A DNA stretch of 32,737 nucleotides from Octopus bimaculoides. Lineage: Eukaryota. Each line of letters opens with the position of its first letter. Positions within the stretch are counted from its first letter, which is position 1. Under the pieces are notes generated by a model that had not been told where the DNA came from, searched no databases, and saw only the letters and a program-made list of their open reading frames with translations. The stretch is taken from assembly GCF_001194135.2 (NCBI RefSeq), contig NC_068982.1, positions 33,092,805-33,125,541 of the forward strand, in the 5' to 3' direction. The position numbers and the translations under genes are program-made. Shown piece after piece: positions 1 to 11,924 of this stretch.

Positions 1-144
1 GAAATCATTGGTACAATATTACATATTCATGAACAAAAAAATAAAAATGGCTTTTTTGATAAACTTTCCACTTTAACAATTAGATGTTTACTCATAAACA
101 ACTAATTATTAAAGTGGGAAAATGATCAGAAAGGCTATAGCCTT

Positions 145-175
<31 letters not shown>

Positions 176-1450
176 TTTGCAAATATATATATGACGATAT
201 CATTAATACTAATGACAAAACGAGTCCAGAAATAGCCGAACAATCGAGCGGTCGTAACTGATGAGGCAACGGAAATTGCCGAAACTGACGTCAGTATTAA
301 GAATTCTCGATCGGCACTTTTCGGACGATTATGGTTCATGTTAGTGTATATGCTTTCATTCATGTGTGTTAACTACACCATTAGAGCGGTCTAGCTCTTA
401 TTTCTAACAAGGTAGATGTTTCCTAACACCCTAGTCACATTTAGTGACCATTAAAATTCTCCTTTCTGGCGAAACATTGCAAACTGCTGTTTATATTAAT
501 TATATATAGACACATTAGCGAATCGCTAAATCAGCCAATAATTTGAATTACGAAAACATAAATACTAATCTAAATAACTGAATCTACACAACGATTTTGC
601 AATCTTAAATGCAGTACCCTTGTCACAGCGCCGCGTGCCTTCACACGCATGCGTGCTTGTATTAATGTACGTATGTGTTCATACATATACGTATGTATAT
701 GTATGCATGAGTTCTCACCTGAAGATCGCAGTGTCGTGAAACTTTAGTCGTGCAAACTCTCTTTCAGTTTCCAAAAGTTTACCATCGTGTACAATGCATA
801 TTGAGCACTTCTCTCTCCTTCTAAAATAAATTCACGAGTGTATGTGTGTATGTTTGTGTGTGTGTAGTCTTTTACCTTTCCCTCCTTTCTCTCTTCTTTT
901 ATCTTCACATCTTTCTGTTTTCGACTTAATCTCTTTCTTTATCACTTACACATTCAAATACTCTATTTAGCAAACTATCTCTTCAATACTCTCTTTCTAT
1001 CCTTTTCTCTACTTCATTGTTTTTGTTTCTTTTTTTCGTTATACATACGTTATTCTGTTATTCCCTTAGAAATAAATGGGCGTGAATCTGTACAAGTGAA
1101 TCTCGTAATGTGTGGGATTATTTTTTTAATTTTAATTTGCTTAGTTATTTAGTTATTTATTTATTTCTAGTCAGGATGTATATGTGTTTCTGTAAGTGGT
1201 TACGTTAGGGTTTTTAATAATATATGTGAATGTCAGAATGAATTTCATTGAGTGAATGCATGTATGTGTATGCTCATTACTATATCTGTGTGTGTGTCTG
1301 TGTGTGTGCGTGTGCACGCATATCGGATAGTTTCAACGTTCTTACTCTGGAATAAGAACTGTAAATACAAGATTCTTTTTAATATCGTGTGAAGTTAAAT
1401 TTCCTTTTAATTTCAGTGAAACAAATAATGTCGACGACGAGGAAGAAGTA

Positions 1451-1620
1451 CATAGAGACGCGTCGAATGTTCTATTTTGGAGACTTCTTGAACGCTGTTA
1501 AAATATGAGAACCACTCAACTATTGTCATGTTAATAGCAGAAAAAAGACAGCGTGAGTTTGAGGACCTACAGAAGTTAAGGGAGCGTGTGCTGAGAGAAA
1601 TTCCTGCCTGGGGCCATTAG
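1451..1620 (+). mobile_element. 3' end of RTE-clade LINE (degenerate ORF2 C-terminus; stop TAG runs directly into (GAA)n tail)
   Basis: Reads HRDASNVLFWR...EDLQKLRERVLREIPAWGH*. A clearly homologous second copy with the same (GAA)n tail lies at 32495-32667. RTE assignment is from resemblance to the RTE C-terminal 'GHC.R....S..L.W' region (inference). Confidence 0.6.
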
Positions 1621-1683
1621 AAGAAGAAGAAGAAGAAGAAGAAGAAGAAGAAGAAGAAGAAGAAGAAGAAGAAGAAGAAGAAG

Positions 1684-1721
<38 letters not shown>

Positions 1722-1915
1722 AGATGATTGTAATGATGATGAAGATGGTGATTGTGATGATGATGATGGTGATGGTGATGATGATGAAAATGGTGATGGT
1801 GATGGTGATGACGATGTTGATGATAAGAATGATTATTAAAAACAAGACGACTAACTACAAGCAACTCCAGCATCCGCAGCAGCAGCAGTAACAACAACAA
1901 CCACAACAATCATTT
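1620..1915 (+). repeat. compound trinucleotide microsatellite (GAA)n-(CAA)n-(GAT/GGT)n-(CAG/CAA)n
   Basis: Directly visible: about 21 GAA then about 13 CAA units, then imperfect GAT/GGT and CAG/CAA runs. Confidence 0.95.
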
Positions 1916-2138
1916 TTAATGTTAATAATGTTGATAAATTGTGGGAATTCTCGAGATAATTTTTGTCATCGTTGTTTGAGAAATTTCAAAATCCAATCTT
2001 TTCTACCATCTGTACACCAATTAATGCATGCATTCCACATATAGGAATTAGTGTTATCAACTAATTAATGTACACCCATATTCTATACCCACAAATGTAT
2101 GTATATATATATTTGTATATATATATATATATATATAT

Positions 2139-2513
2139 NNNNNNNNNNNNNNNNNNNNNNNNNNNNNNNNNNNNNNNNNNNNNNNNNNNNNNNNNNNNNN
2201 NNNNNNNNNNNNNNNNNNNNNNNNNNNNNNNNNNNNNNNNNNNNNNNNNNNNNNNNNNNNNNNNNNNNNNNNNNNNNNNNNNNNNNNNNNNNNNNNNNNN
2301 NNNNNNNNNNNNNNNNNNNNNNNNNNNNNNNNNNNNNNNNNNNNNNNNNNNNNNNNNNNNNNNNNNNNNNNNNNNNNNNNNNNNNNNNNNNNNNNNNNNN
2401 NNNNNNNNNNNNNNNNNNNNNNNNNNNNNNNNNNNNNNNNNNNNNNNNNNNNNNNNNNNNNNNNNNNNNNNNNNNNNNNNNNNNNNNNNNNNNNNNNNNN
2501 NNNNNNNNNNNNN
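2139..2513. other. assembly gap flanked by (TA)n
   Basis: N-run with (TA)n on both sides. Other gaps: 8078-8141, 9872-10064, 13014-13662, 15397-15617, 19156-19524, 21345-21403. Confidence 0.99.
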
Positions 2514-2919
2514 TATATATATCTTTGAATGTATGTATGTATGTATGTATCATTCACATACATACATGCATCTAAGCCCTGTGTCCGTGTTTCTGTGTGG
2601 GTGGGCATGTGGAGGGGGTAGGATATATGTGTGTATGCCTGCGTGTGATGTCAAATACAAGACTGTAATACAGATGGGATTTTCAACAATGTTGTTTTGT
2701 GTGTATGTTACTGTTTTATTTTGTATTTTATTTGTTATTTATAGTTTCATTTAAATTTTTTATTTTGTTTATTTATGTCGGCTTTGTTTTTCACTTTGGA
2801 AGGTTCATTACACATTTTTAATGTCTGATGAACATAATTTTTAAACTTGCTGGATAATGTATAAAATAAAATGAATGAAAATAAATGGAGGGGAAAAATG
2901 GAAAAAAGGAAGTTGAAAT

Positions 2920-3329
2920 GGGAAAGAAAGAAAGAAAGAAAGAAGGAAGGAAGGAAGGAACAAACGTACGAAAGAATGAACAAATGAACGAAAGAACGAG
3001 AGTATAACAAGAATGACATCTATTTAAAATACCAAATAAAAGGGAGAGAGAGAGAGACAGACAGAGAGAGAGAGAGAAAGAAAGACAGAAATAAAGAAAG
3101 AAAGAAAGAAACAAACAAACAAACAAACAAACAAACAAACAAACAAACAAAAAAACAAAGAAACAAAGAAAAAATGAAAGAAACAAAGAAAGACAGAAAG
3201 AAAGAAAGAGAGCACTCATCATGAGAAAAACAAGTCTTAAATACAGATAGATGATGACGGACAGAGAGACAGAGAGACAAACAGATAGACAGGTAGCCAG
3301 GCAAGCAGAAATGATAGATAGATAGACAG

Positions 3330-3393
<64 letters not shown>

Positions 3394-3400
3394 GTAGGTA
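2920..3400 (+). repeat. purine-rich compound simple repeat (GAAA)n/(GAAG)n/(GA)n/(CAAA)n/(GATA)n
   Basis: Directly visible tetra- and dinucleotide arrays. Confidence 0.9.
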
Positions 3401-3531
3401 GAAAAACGACAAAAATTAAGTTGGGACATTTAAATAACGAAAATAAGCAAAAGCTATATGAGAATATTTGTATTATTTATCAACTTCACATCTTGCCATA
3501 GACTTTCTCATCCCTATCTCACTTCGCATTG

Positions 3532-3758
<227 letters not shown>

Positions 3759-4309
3759 AGTGAGAGAGCAGTACATTCCATCAAAGTGACACTGAGGTAA
3801 AATATACGAAACCAGGTACCACCATCACGACTACCCGTCTGATAATGGTACACTAGGCACATGCATCACAACCATATGTGCGCGACATAGTGATCTCATA
3901 TCAAGATAAACAGCGCATGACCTTGCAGGTGGGGCGCAGTTAGAATTTTCTTCAGGTCGAGTAGCCCATTCCGCTCAAAAGTTCCCTAAATAAGGATTGT
4001 TTAAAGACATTGAACGAAACACCCATGTTTCCAGAGGTGAATTATTTAAACTCCAAAGAATTCCTATCAACACATGGCTATGATGCTTCCCCACTACTTC
4101 TGCTCGTGATCAGAGATGCACATATCGTCAGCCACCAAAGGACATGCTCAACTGGTTATGGTCAAACAACTGACAAGCAAATCTGTAGTATTGAGCAGAA
4201 TATTTGCTGTAGTCCATCTTTTATACCAAGACAAAACAATGTACATAACATTTCCAATCAGTTAAGATCAGAAGCCATGAGAGCCAGTGCCTGGTACTGC
4301 ATCAGGTCA
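3759..4309 (-). mobile_element. 5'-truncated non-LTR retroelement 3' region with (AAT)n tail (possibly R4/Dong-like)
   Basis: A non-simple 550 bp block bounded by (AAT)n at the 3' end and AAATAATAAT at the 5' end. I recognise it as a recurrent octopus repeat. Clade assignment is inference only. Confidence 0.55.
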
Positions 4310-4681
4310 TTATTATTTATTTTTTTTTTTAATTAAATTTACCACAATTTTCGAAATATTTTCTTGGAGAATTGTGAACAAGCAGAAAAGACTAAAAAAA
4401 TAAAAAAAGGAAATGTCTTGACACGTTCAGTTAATTAAAATAAGTCAATGAAATGGAGGTAATGTGGAAAGATTTGTGTGCTATAGAACTTGTTAAAAGG
4501 TGCAATTAAATGAAACTGTGTCGTATTTCTATTATCATAATATTCTGCTCTGTTGACTAACAAACACAGAGAGAGAGAAAGACTTGGTATCCGAAATGGA
4601 ATTAAGTGTCAAATTGGCACGAAACTACAAAAGTTGATTTGTGGGATAGACGTGTATTACGTTGAATTATTGATGCCAACG

Positions 4682-4985
4682 ACGTCATCGTCATCGTCAT
4701 CGTCGTCGTTATCATTATCACTATTATCATCGTCATCGTTGGCGCCGATGATGATATCGTTGGCGTCGATGTCATCGTCATCACCACGACAAAACCACTC
4801 ACCATCAGCTGAAGCAACAGCAGAAACCTTTCCGCCACTACCACCACTGACAAACCACCGCCGCCATCGTCGTCGTCGTCGTCGTCCTCATCACTATCAT
4901 CACCAAGATCATCATCATCATCGTCATCATGTCGTCGCTGTCATCGTCGTCATGATCATCATCGTTATCATCATCATCATCAGCA
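4682..4985 (+). repeat. degenerate (TCA/TCG/CCG)n trinucleotide repeat
   Basis: Visible; explains the poly-S/H/R ORF 4553-5092. Confidence 0.85.
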
Positions 4986-5859
4986 GCAGATTTGGCTTCA
5001 TCATAGTTTCGTATCTTTGCCGCTGGCAATGCTCCACCGAACAATTGATCTTTGCTTTGCGGTGTAATTATTCTGTGAAGATTACAACTTGACTGACTTA
5101 CACAAACTGATGTGTCTCATATTAGGGCCACAGCTGTAGGAATCCTTTACAAAACGTCTATTAATTCTTTTTTAAACTATGGCTATCGGGAAAGTGTTTA
5201 TCAGGTCTAGGATTTTTTTTTTTTTTACCTACATTAGTCCTAACGTACAGGGGGGAAAGAGGCGCGAACCATATAATGATCCATTCAACAAGCGAACAGC
5301 ACATTATAGACACGCGCGCGCAGAGAGAGAGAGAGATGGCGAATCTGTAAGCATATATGGGGCTCGTTTGGGTGTGATCTTATATGGTGGGGTGGGGCGG
5401 GGCTGTAAAAATATCAATAACTGCATCGTTAACAGAATGTATAAATGTCACAACTTCCCGTTTTTTTATAAATCTAAAGCAGTGCTACCGCTATTAATAT
5501 GATTTTGAGAGTGTGTATATCAGTGTATATATACGTGTGTATTTGTGTGCGTCTAACTTCCCTTATAAAAATATTAATAGTTATCAGTGAATTTCTCTCG
5601 GGTACCTATTTCATTTTCGGGTAACTATGCTAATGTAAATTCAGTATGGTAACTGTATTCATTAGCTCCCACCCTTTCTTCAGTAAGGTGTTCAGATATC
5701 AGATTGTCCAAATTAGGAGCATAATTCGAGAAAGGGCAAAAAAATTTTTTTAATATTTAAATAGAAACACTGAATATTTTTAAAAAATTAGAAATCTCAA
5801 GACGATAAAAATCAGAAAAAAGATATATTTGGTCTATTGTGAACTATTTAGTAATTGTA

Positions 5860-6084
<225 letters not shown>

Positions 6085-6800
6085 CGATGTCTGATCAATA
6101 AGTATCCGGACTGTTGTCTTAGTAACGAAGCTAAAAGCATGCAGAGTGAAGCCGCTCAGCACAGGTTGACCTTACATATACACTAAGTTTTAACATTCTA
6201 GCTCATTTCTGTTGTTTACAGCAGTATTTGGTAGAAAGGTGTGTAGCCTGAGATCGTCGCATTGACCATGACAGAGAAAGTTGTCATGGCGATACCTGCT
6301 CAGAAGCCAACGCAAAGTTGCAGAAAGTGTATGGAGAGGAGTGTGTGAGCTGCACACAAGTATACGATGTTGACGAACGTTCTGAGAGATCCGCAACCAG
6401 CAGAACTGAGAAAAATATCGCAGATGTGTGTGCAGCTGTGAGAAGAAATCGTCGAATCACCATCCGTGAGTTATCAGAGGATGTGAAGATTAGTTACGGC
6501 TCAGTTCAGTCTATTATCGCTGAAGATTTGGGTAGGCCTCTGAGCAGGTATCATCAAGCTTTCGACAAAATTTGATGCAGATGATCTGTTCAACTCTCTC
6601 TGTCATGATCAATGCGACGATCACACGCTACACACCTTCCCTCCAAGCACTGCTGTAAACAGCGGAAGTAAGCTAGAATGTTAAGACCTAGTGCGCATGC
6701 ACAGCAGAGTTCAAGGACAATCTGTGCCAAGTGGCTTCACTCTGCATGTTTTAGCTTCATTACTTTGGCAACAGTCTGGATACCTATTGATCATACCACT
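6085..6800. mobile_element. non-autonomous mariner derivative made of two inverted left ends (fold-back/long-TIR MITE), TA TSD
   Basis: TA|CGATGTCTGATCAATAAGTATCCGGACTGTTG versus ...CAGTCTGGATACCTATTGATCATACCACT|TA. Inverted similarity extends over about 200-260 bp. The + strand encodes transposase N-terminal/HTH pieces (MTEKV..., MQKVYGEECVS...RRITIRELSEDVKISYGSVQSIIAEDLG). The - strand encodes a second start, MTERVEQIICIKFCRKLDDTCSEA. Confidence 0.88.
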
Positions 6801-6801
6801 T

Positions 6802-6826
6802 ATGTATATACATATATATATATACA

Positions 6827-6860
<34 letters not shown>

Positions 6861-6960
6861 CATACATACATACATACATACATACGTATATGTATACACA
6901 TATATATTTGTGTGTGTGTATCCACATAAATATATATGAGCATGTGTGTGTGTGTGAACA
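6802..6960 (+). repeat. (TA)/(TACA)n/(TG)n microsatellite
   Basis: Directly visible. Confidence 0.9.
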
Positions 6961-7011
6961 GTGCATGCAATATGCACTTAATATACCCAAAAAAGAAAGG
7001 CCAGCACACTG

Positions 7012-7960
7012 ACAAACAAGATTCCCAGGAACAAAAAATCCTTATGAGACGCAGGTCAAAGGTCTCAAAGTGGATGAATACGCAACTGAAGGATAGGGAG
7101 TAGTCTATGCTAATATAGACACTCCTAGAAATCGAAAACAAGATCAAATTTTCTCATAAAAGGGGAAGAGTAGAGATAGAGAGCTGTGGAAAGCATAAAA
7201 ACAATTTCCAAAGCTTTCTATAAATTCGCAAAGGAAGCAGCCACAATACAATATAAAAATATAGGACTATTGTTCCAAGGGAATGACTCACTAACAGCGG
7301 ACCTAGGATGGATAAGTGAGACATTCAGTGAACAAGTTAAAGTGTCTTCACTTCACCCCTTGGATATATGGAGATGAAAAAATTCGACTGAATTCTTTAA
7401 TATTGCAGCTCTAAAAAACGAGGCGCCAGCCATCGATTACATCAACATTGAAGAGGCCGATGTAGCAACGGCCATAGATGAAATGAGCTCATGCTCCGCA
7501 ACTGGTCCTGATGGCTTCCCAGCTATTATCCTGAAGTCATGTAAGCAGGCTTTAACGAAACCAGATACTTTTCCAAAGTTTCCTTGCAAGTGGTAAACTT
7601 CCTAAAAAGCTGAAAGAAGTCATTATATGTCCTGTCCACAAAACTAAAAGCAGAGCAGAGGCCAAAAACTACAGGCCGATCTCTCTGACCTCACATATCA
7701 ATAAAGTCATGGAGCGAATCATCAGAAAGGAGTTGATAATGTTCCTAGAAGAAAATGACCTACTGAACAATGCACGGCATGACTTCCGCCCAGGAAGAAG
7801 TTGCCTCACACAACTCCTACAGCACTGTGACTGGGTTTTGAAACAGCTGTTTGACCTTTCAGATGTCAGCGTGATATACCTCGACTTTGCAAAGGCATTT
7901 GATAAGGTAGATCACGGCATGATATGTCATAAGCCACAAGACCTTGGCATTGCTGGTAAA
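7012..7960 (+). mobile_element. CR1-group (CR1/L2-like) LINE ORF2 fragment, reverse transcriptase N-terminal part, disrupted
   Basis: Translates with frameshifts and stops to ...SKAFYKFAK..., APGPDGFP-like (actggtcctgatggcttccc), KNYRPISLTSHINKVMERII...GRSCLTQLL...VIYLDFAKAFDKVDHG, which are RT domain 0-2 motifs. It ends abruptly in (TA)n and a gap. Confidence 0.92.
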
Positions 7961-8026
7961 CAACTCTTAAATATAGAACTATATATACTTATATACATAT
8001 ATACACACATATACATATGCACGTCA

Positions 8027-8077
<51 letters not shown>

Positions 8078-8199
8078 NNNNNNNNNNNNNNNNNNNNNNN
8101 NNNNNNNNNNNNNNNNNNNNNNNNNNNNNNNNNNNNNNNNNCTCTCTCTCTCTCTCTCTCTCTCATCTCCCTCTTCGTCATCTATGCTTACGCCGTGGA

Positions 8200-8392
8200 C
8201 AATGAAATACTTTATAAATGTAGCTTTTATGGGGTCACCTGACCTGTGAGAAATAGCAGCCAATTCTTCCCCCAAATCAAAGCTCGCTGTTTGAAACAAG
8301 GAAGGAGAAATTTTTACATTTTCCTTGATAACCCGAAATCGACGTAATGGTCATGGCTGGAATGGAATGCTTTTAATCATAAGCTTGCTCAA
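8200..8392 (+). mobile_element. degenerate interspersed repeat, possibly LINE 3' UTR
   Basis: ggggtcacctgacctgtgagaaatagcagccaa...ggtcatggctggaatg resembles a common octopus repeat (recollection only). It could be the 3' end of the upstream CR1-like element. Confidence 0.35.
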
Positions 8393-9317
8393 TTTCATTA
8401 AAAAATCTTGAGTTGATTGGAAGCTATGGTTGAATACACTTAACTTAAGTGTCGCGCTCAACCATGCGTGTGTTGTATGGCTAAAACCGGCAATAAAGGT
8501 TATCTTTTTGTCATTAAGCAATAATCGTAATATCTCTTATATTTCAATAAAATCACATGATAATAGCTTACAAAATACCTTCCCCACCAGAATGATCCTA
8601 TCATTTTGCTTTTATTCTCACATTTCAACAAAACAAATGATTTGTGTGCGCGTCTATTCGTATGAGTGTATGAATGTGATTGAGATAAGGGCGGCTAGTA
8701 AAATATAATAGAATTTCATTAAATTGATCGTTGATTTACTGTCATTACAACGTCAATCTACAAAAATATTTAATAATTTATTATCATCTGTACAACCCTC
8801 TTTATTCTTCTTTCTTGTGTAGCTTCGGCTTAAGGTTAGATTTATCTCTAAACGCGTCAAAGACTACGTGTGTGTCCCCGTCTTTTACATAAATATAGCT
8901 GTCATATAACAGAATGGGTGACCATGTATTGTCGCTTTAGAATTGTGAATATATGAATTTTCTTGTTTTTTTTTTCTATTTGTTTTCATAATTTTTTTTA
9001 TCAACGCCATATGTCTTCAGGGATTTGGGCGTTTACAGATTGCATAGAGATAGGTTTGAAGGCTAGCATTGTTTGCTTTATAAGCAACTTTCTCACAAAT
9101 GTCCCTGGATTTTAGTTCGGTAAGAATAAAGCGATTTCATTCTATAAAAGTAACCAACCGAAAAATCAACCAGAAGGTGTGAATTTTTCTTATTTTATCT
9201 TACTTCCTATTTTTTTCTTCAAACATTAATAATTATATTTATTAAAGAGATACGTTGTTTCATTTGAATTATTCATATTTTCGTTTTCCTCTGAATATAT
9301 TTCAGTTTGTTGTTATA

Positions 9318-9490
9318 TGGGGTGTGCAGACATACAAGAGCGGTTGAGTAATTCACTTTGCAATCAATTGCTTCTGGTTTCGATCCCGATCTGAGACACT
9401 TTGGTGCAAAGACTTCTATCATAGTCTCGAGTAAGCCCAAGCTTCCTGTGCGAAATTAGTAGACGGAAACAACAGAGAAGCCTGTCACTT
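9318..9490 (+). mobile_element. degenerate SINE, family A (5' part)
   Basis: gacttctatcatagtctcgagtaagcccaagcttcc...agtagacggaaac matches 18360-18405 and 25660-25735 in this window. Confidence 0.6.
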
Positions 9491-10072
9491 GGCTTCTCTA
9501 TTGTTTTCGTCTACCAATTCACATTGTACGCTCTTACATTGTGCACAACGGTACAATATAAGAACGCACCTTTTATGCATGCCTGACTAAGTGCCACTTC
9601 AATGTTTAAAACTGCAAATATTACGTAACTTTTTAGATGAGACTTTCGCGTGAATTGGCGTTAGGAACGGAAACAATTGTAACTGATCTTGAAAGATAAA
9701 CTTTTTCTTTGTCTTCTTATTTGGATTATTTACTAATGCATGCATAAAGCTGGTTAGATAACTATGTAAAAGTGTGTGAAAATGTGTAATTATGTTTGCA
9801 AAGAATAAATACACGTGGTATATTTGCGTATGTATGTCTATAAACATGCGCGTATATATATATATATATATNNNNNNNNNNNNNNNNNNNNNNNNNNNNN
9901 NNNNNNNNNNNNNNNNNNNNNNNNNNNNNNNNNNNNNNNNNNNNNNNNNNNNNNNNNNNNNNNNNNNNNNNNNNNNNNNNNNNNNNNNNNNNNNNNNNNN
10001 NNNNNNNNNNNNNNNNNNNNNNNNNNNNNNNNNNNNNNNNNNNNNNNNNNNNNNNNNNNNNNNNCTATATAA

Positions 10073-10267
10073 ATTCAAATTACGATGAAAGTGAACAAAG
10101 TTTGCTTTAGAAGCGTTGAGATGTCTTAGAAAGTTAAAGAAGTAATTTTTTTATTCTCAAACGCAGGATAATGCTAATAATATAGCATGAACAGGATAAA
10201 CTACCCCTATTTTGCAGAAAAAAATTACTTGTAAACTTTGTTTATTTACTTTCATCGTAATTTGAAT
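10073..10267. repeat. inverted repeat pair A (10073-10103 / 10233-10267)
   Basis: ATTCAAATTACGATGAAAGT(g)AACAAAGTTT versus reverse complement ATTCAAATTACGATGAAAGT(aaat)AAACAAAGTTT. Confidence 0.85.
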
Positions 10268-10508
10268 GTGATGTACGATAGCGTCTCATAAAGCGAGATT
10301 TATAAATCTTAAATTTTCAGAAGAATTTGTTGTGGGGAAGTTTAGCTTAAAGGTAGAGCACTGTGACGCTTCATCACAGGGGTCTGAGTTCGAGTCTCAG
10401 GCCTGGCCACCAATACTTTTTTTTTGCAAATTGGGGTAATTTATCCTGTTCATGCTATATTATTAGCATTATCCTGCGTTTGAGAACAAAAAAATTACTT
10501 CTTTAACT
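10132..10508. repeat. inverted repeat pair B (10132-10224 / 10417-10508), about 92 bp, about 5 differences
   Basis: agttaaagaagtaattttttt.ttctcaaacgcaggataatgctaataatatagcatgaacaggataaa is found on both strands. Confidence 0.92.
10336..10412 (+). ncRNA. tRNA-Lys(CTT)-like element (SINE head or tRNA pseudogene) with A box, B box, terminal CCA and T9 terminator
   Basis: D arm GCTT/GAGC; anticodon arm CTGTGA-CGCTTCA-TCACAG; T arm CTGAG-TTCGAGT-CTCAG; ends ...ACCA then ATAC-T9. The acceptor stem does not pair, and positions 33/37 are non-canonical. Confidence 0.65.
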
Positions 10509-10959
10509 ATATATATATGTGTGTGTGTATGTATGTGTATATATATATAGAGAGAGAGAGAGAGAGACATAGAGAGAGAGGGGGAGATACATACGTACAT
10601 GCATTCATAACCTGTAACTATTGGGGCACTGTGATATGTGACACACTGACTAAACACCAATCTTGAGAAATTAGGCATCTCATAACCAGAAAGGAGAAAA
10701 TTGATTCGAAGACTACAGATCCAATCCATCACTGGAACTGTAAAAATCTGTAAAACTTTCAAGAAGTTTATCATTTAAGTATATATGATGTTTAGATATG
10801 CATGTATATGCATGAGAAGAGATACATAACACAAACATACAAATCTGCACGTATACAAACATACATACAAAAAATACTCTGTTGTTATTGTTGAAATTCC
10901 AATGAAGGAGACTTGGATCTAGGCTAGAAACCGGCTCTTTTCTTTTAACACTGAATAAT

Positions 10960-11140
10960 TATTTCTACTCTAGACACAAGGCCTTGAAAAGTTTGGGGAG
11001 AAGAGGGATAGTCGATTACATGGATCCCAGTGCATAACTGGTATTTATTTCATCGACCGCGAAAGGATGAAAAGCAAAGTCAACCTCGGCGGAATTTGAA
11101 CTCAGAACGTAGAGGCAGACGAAATACCGCTAAGCATTTT
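10960..11140 (-). mobile_element. SINE family B (GGCGAGCTGGCAGAA...TTCTGAGTTCAAATTCCGCCGAGGTCGACTTTGC type), head truncated
   Basis: Reverse complement matches 27445-27600 and 24239-24435. Confidence 0.85.
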
Positions 11141-11274
11141 ACTCGACACACATAGAGAGACACACACAGACACACACACAAATATTTGCACATATATTAT
11201 TCTTTGCAAACACAAATACAAGAATTCTCACACACTCACATGTTCGTATATACACGCATACAAACCTAAAGTCA

Positions 11275-11360
11275 TACATACATACAGACAGACATACCTA
11301 CCTACCTGCCTACATGCATACATACATACATACATACATACATACATACATACATACATA
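11275..11360 (+). repeat. (CATA)n microsatellite
   Basis: Directly visible. Confidence 0.9.
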
Positions 11361-11712
11361 AGGCTATAGATTTTCATTTGTTCCTATTATACTTGGCTAC
11401 GTACAATATATCTGCAAGAAATACTCGAGTTCTCAAAAGCAAAATGACAATAAAACATAGCACATTGATTCGCACTTCCCAGATACAATCGAACAGAGGG
11501 ACTGTGGCAATTAGTAAAGTATTTTGGGTCTTCTCCATTTGAAATTCTTGAGTGCACATATGTACACATTCACATCGTATACATATAGAGGATACAGATG
11601 CGCGCACATACATAAAAAGTAATGAAGCAAACACACATGAGTTCTATCGTGAACCCACGAGTGCAAGTTTATCCATAGACACACACATCGTGGACTCTCC
11701 TGTCATAGAAGA

Positions 11713-11913
11713 CTCTCTCTTTTACTCTTTTACTTGTTTCAGTCATTTGACTGCGGCCATACTGGAGCACCGCCTTTAGTCGAGCAAATCGACCCCAGGA
11801 CTTATTCTTTGTAAGCCTGGTACTTATTCTATCGGTCTATTTTGCCGAACCGCTAAGTTACGGGGACGTAAACACACTACCATCGGTTGTCAAGCCATGT
11901 TGGGGGGACGAAC
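11713..11913 (-). mobile_element. SINE family A, 3' half, little diverged
   Basis: Reverse complement matches 25790-25982 (cgtaacttagcggttcggcaaaa...gactgaaacaagtaaaagagt). Confidence 0.88.
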
Positions 11914-11924
11914 ATTGATGAAGT

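Noticed and set aside
148-363. 71-aa minus-strand ORF and nearby CpG-containing, promoter-like sequence (about 200-810)
   Set aside because: No recognisable domain, it ends in an A-rich run, and there is no convincing splice donor. A promoter or first exon cannot be supported without transcript data.
1526-1909. Poly-L/H/C/S and poly-I/V/L ORFs
   Set aside because: Translations of triplet microsatellites.
2057-2754. Long ORFs spanning N-runs (also 9599-10088, 12975-14017, 18966-19594, 21201-21592)
   Set aside because: Open only because Ns and (TA)n/(TACA)n lack stop codons.
4010-4336. 108-aa ORF
   Set aside because: Antisense to the retroelement 3' region; no protein motif.
4553-5092. 179-aa Ser/His/Arg-rich ORF
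   Set aside because: Low-complexity (TCA/TCG)n; no domain or splice support.
11374-11634. Short minus-strand ORFs with a hydrophobic or Cys-containing stretch
   Set aside because: They start in a microsatellite, have no recognisable homology and no clear splice sites.
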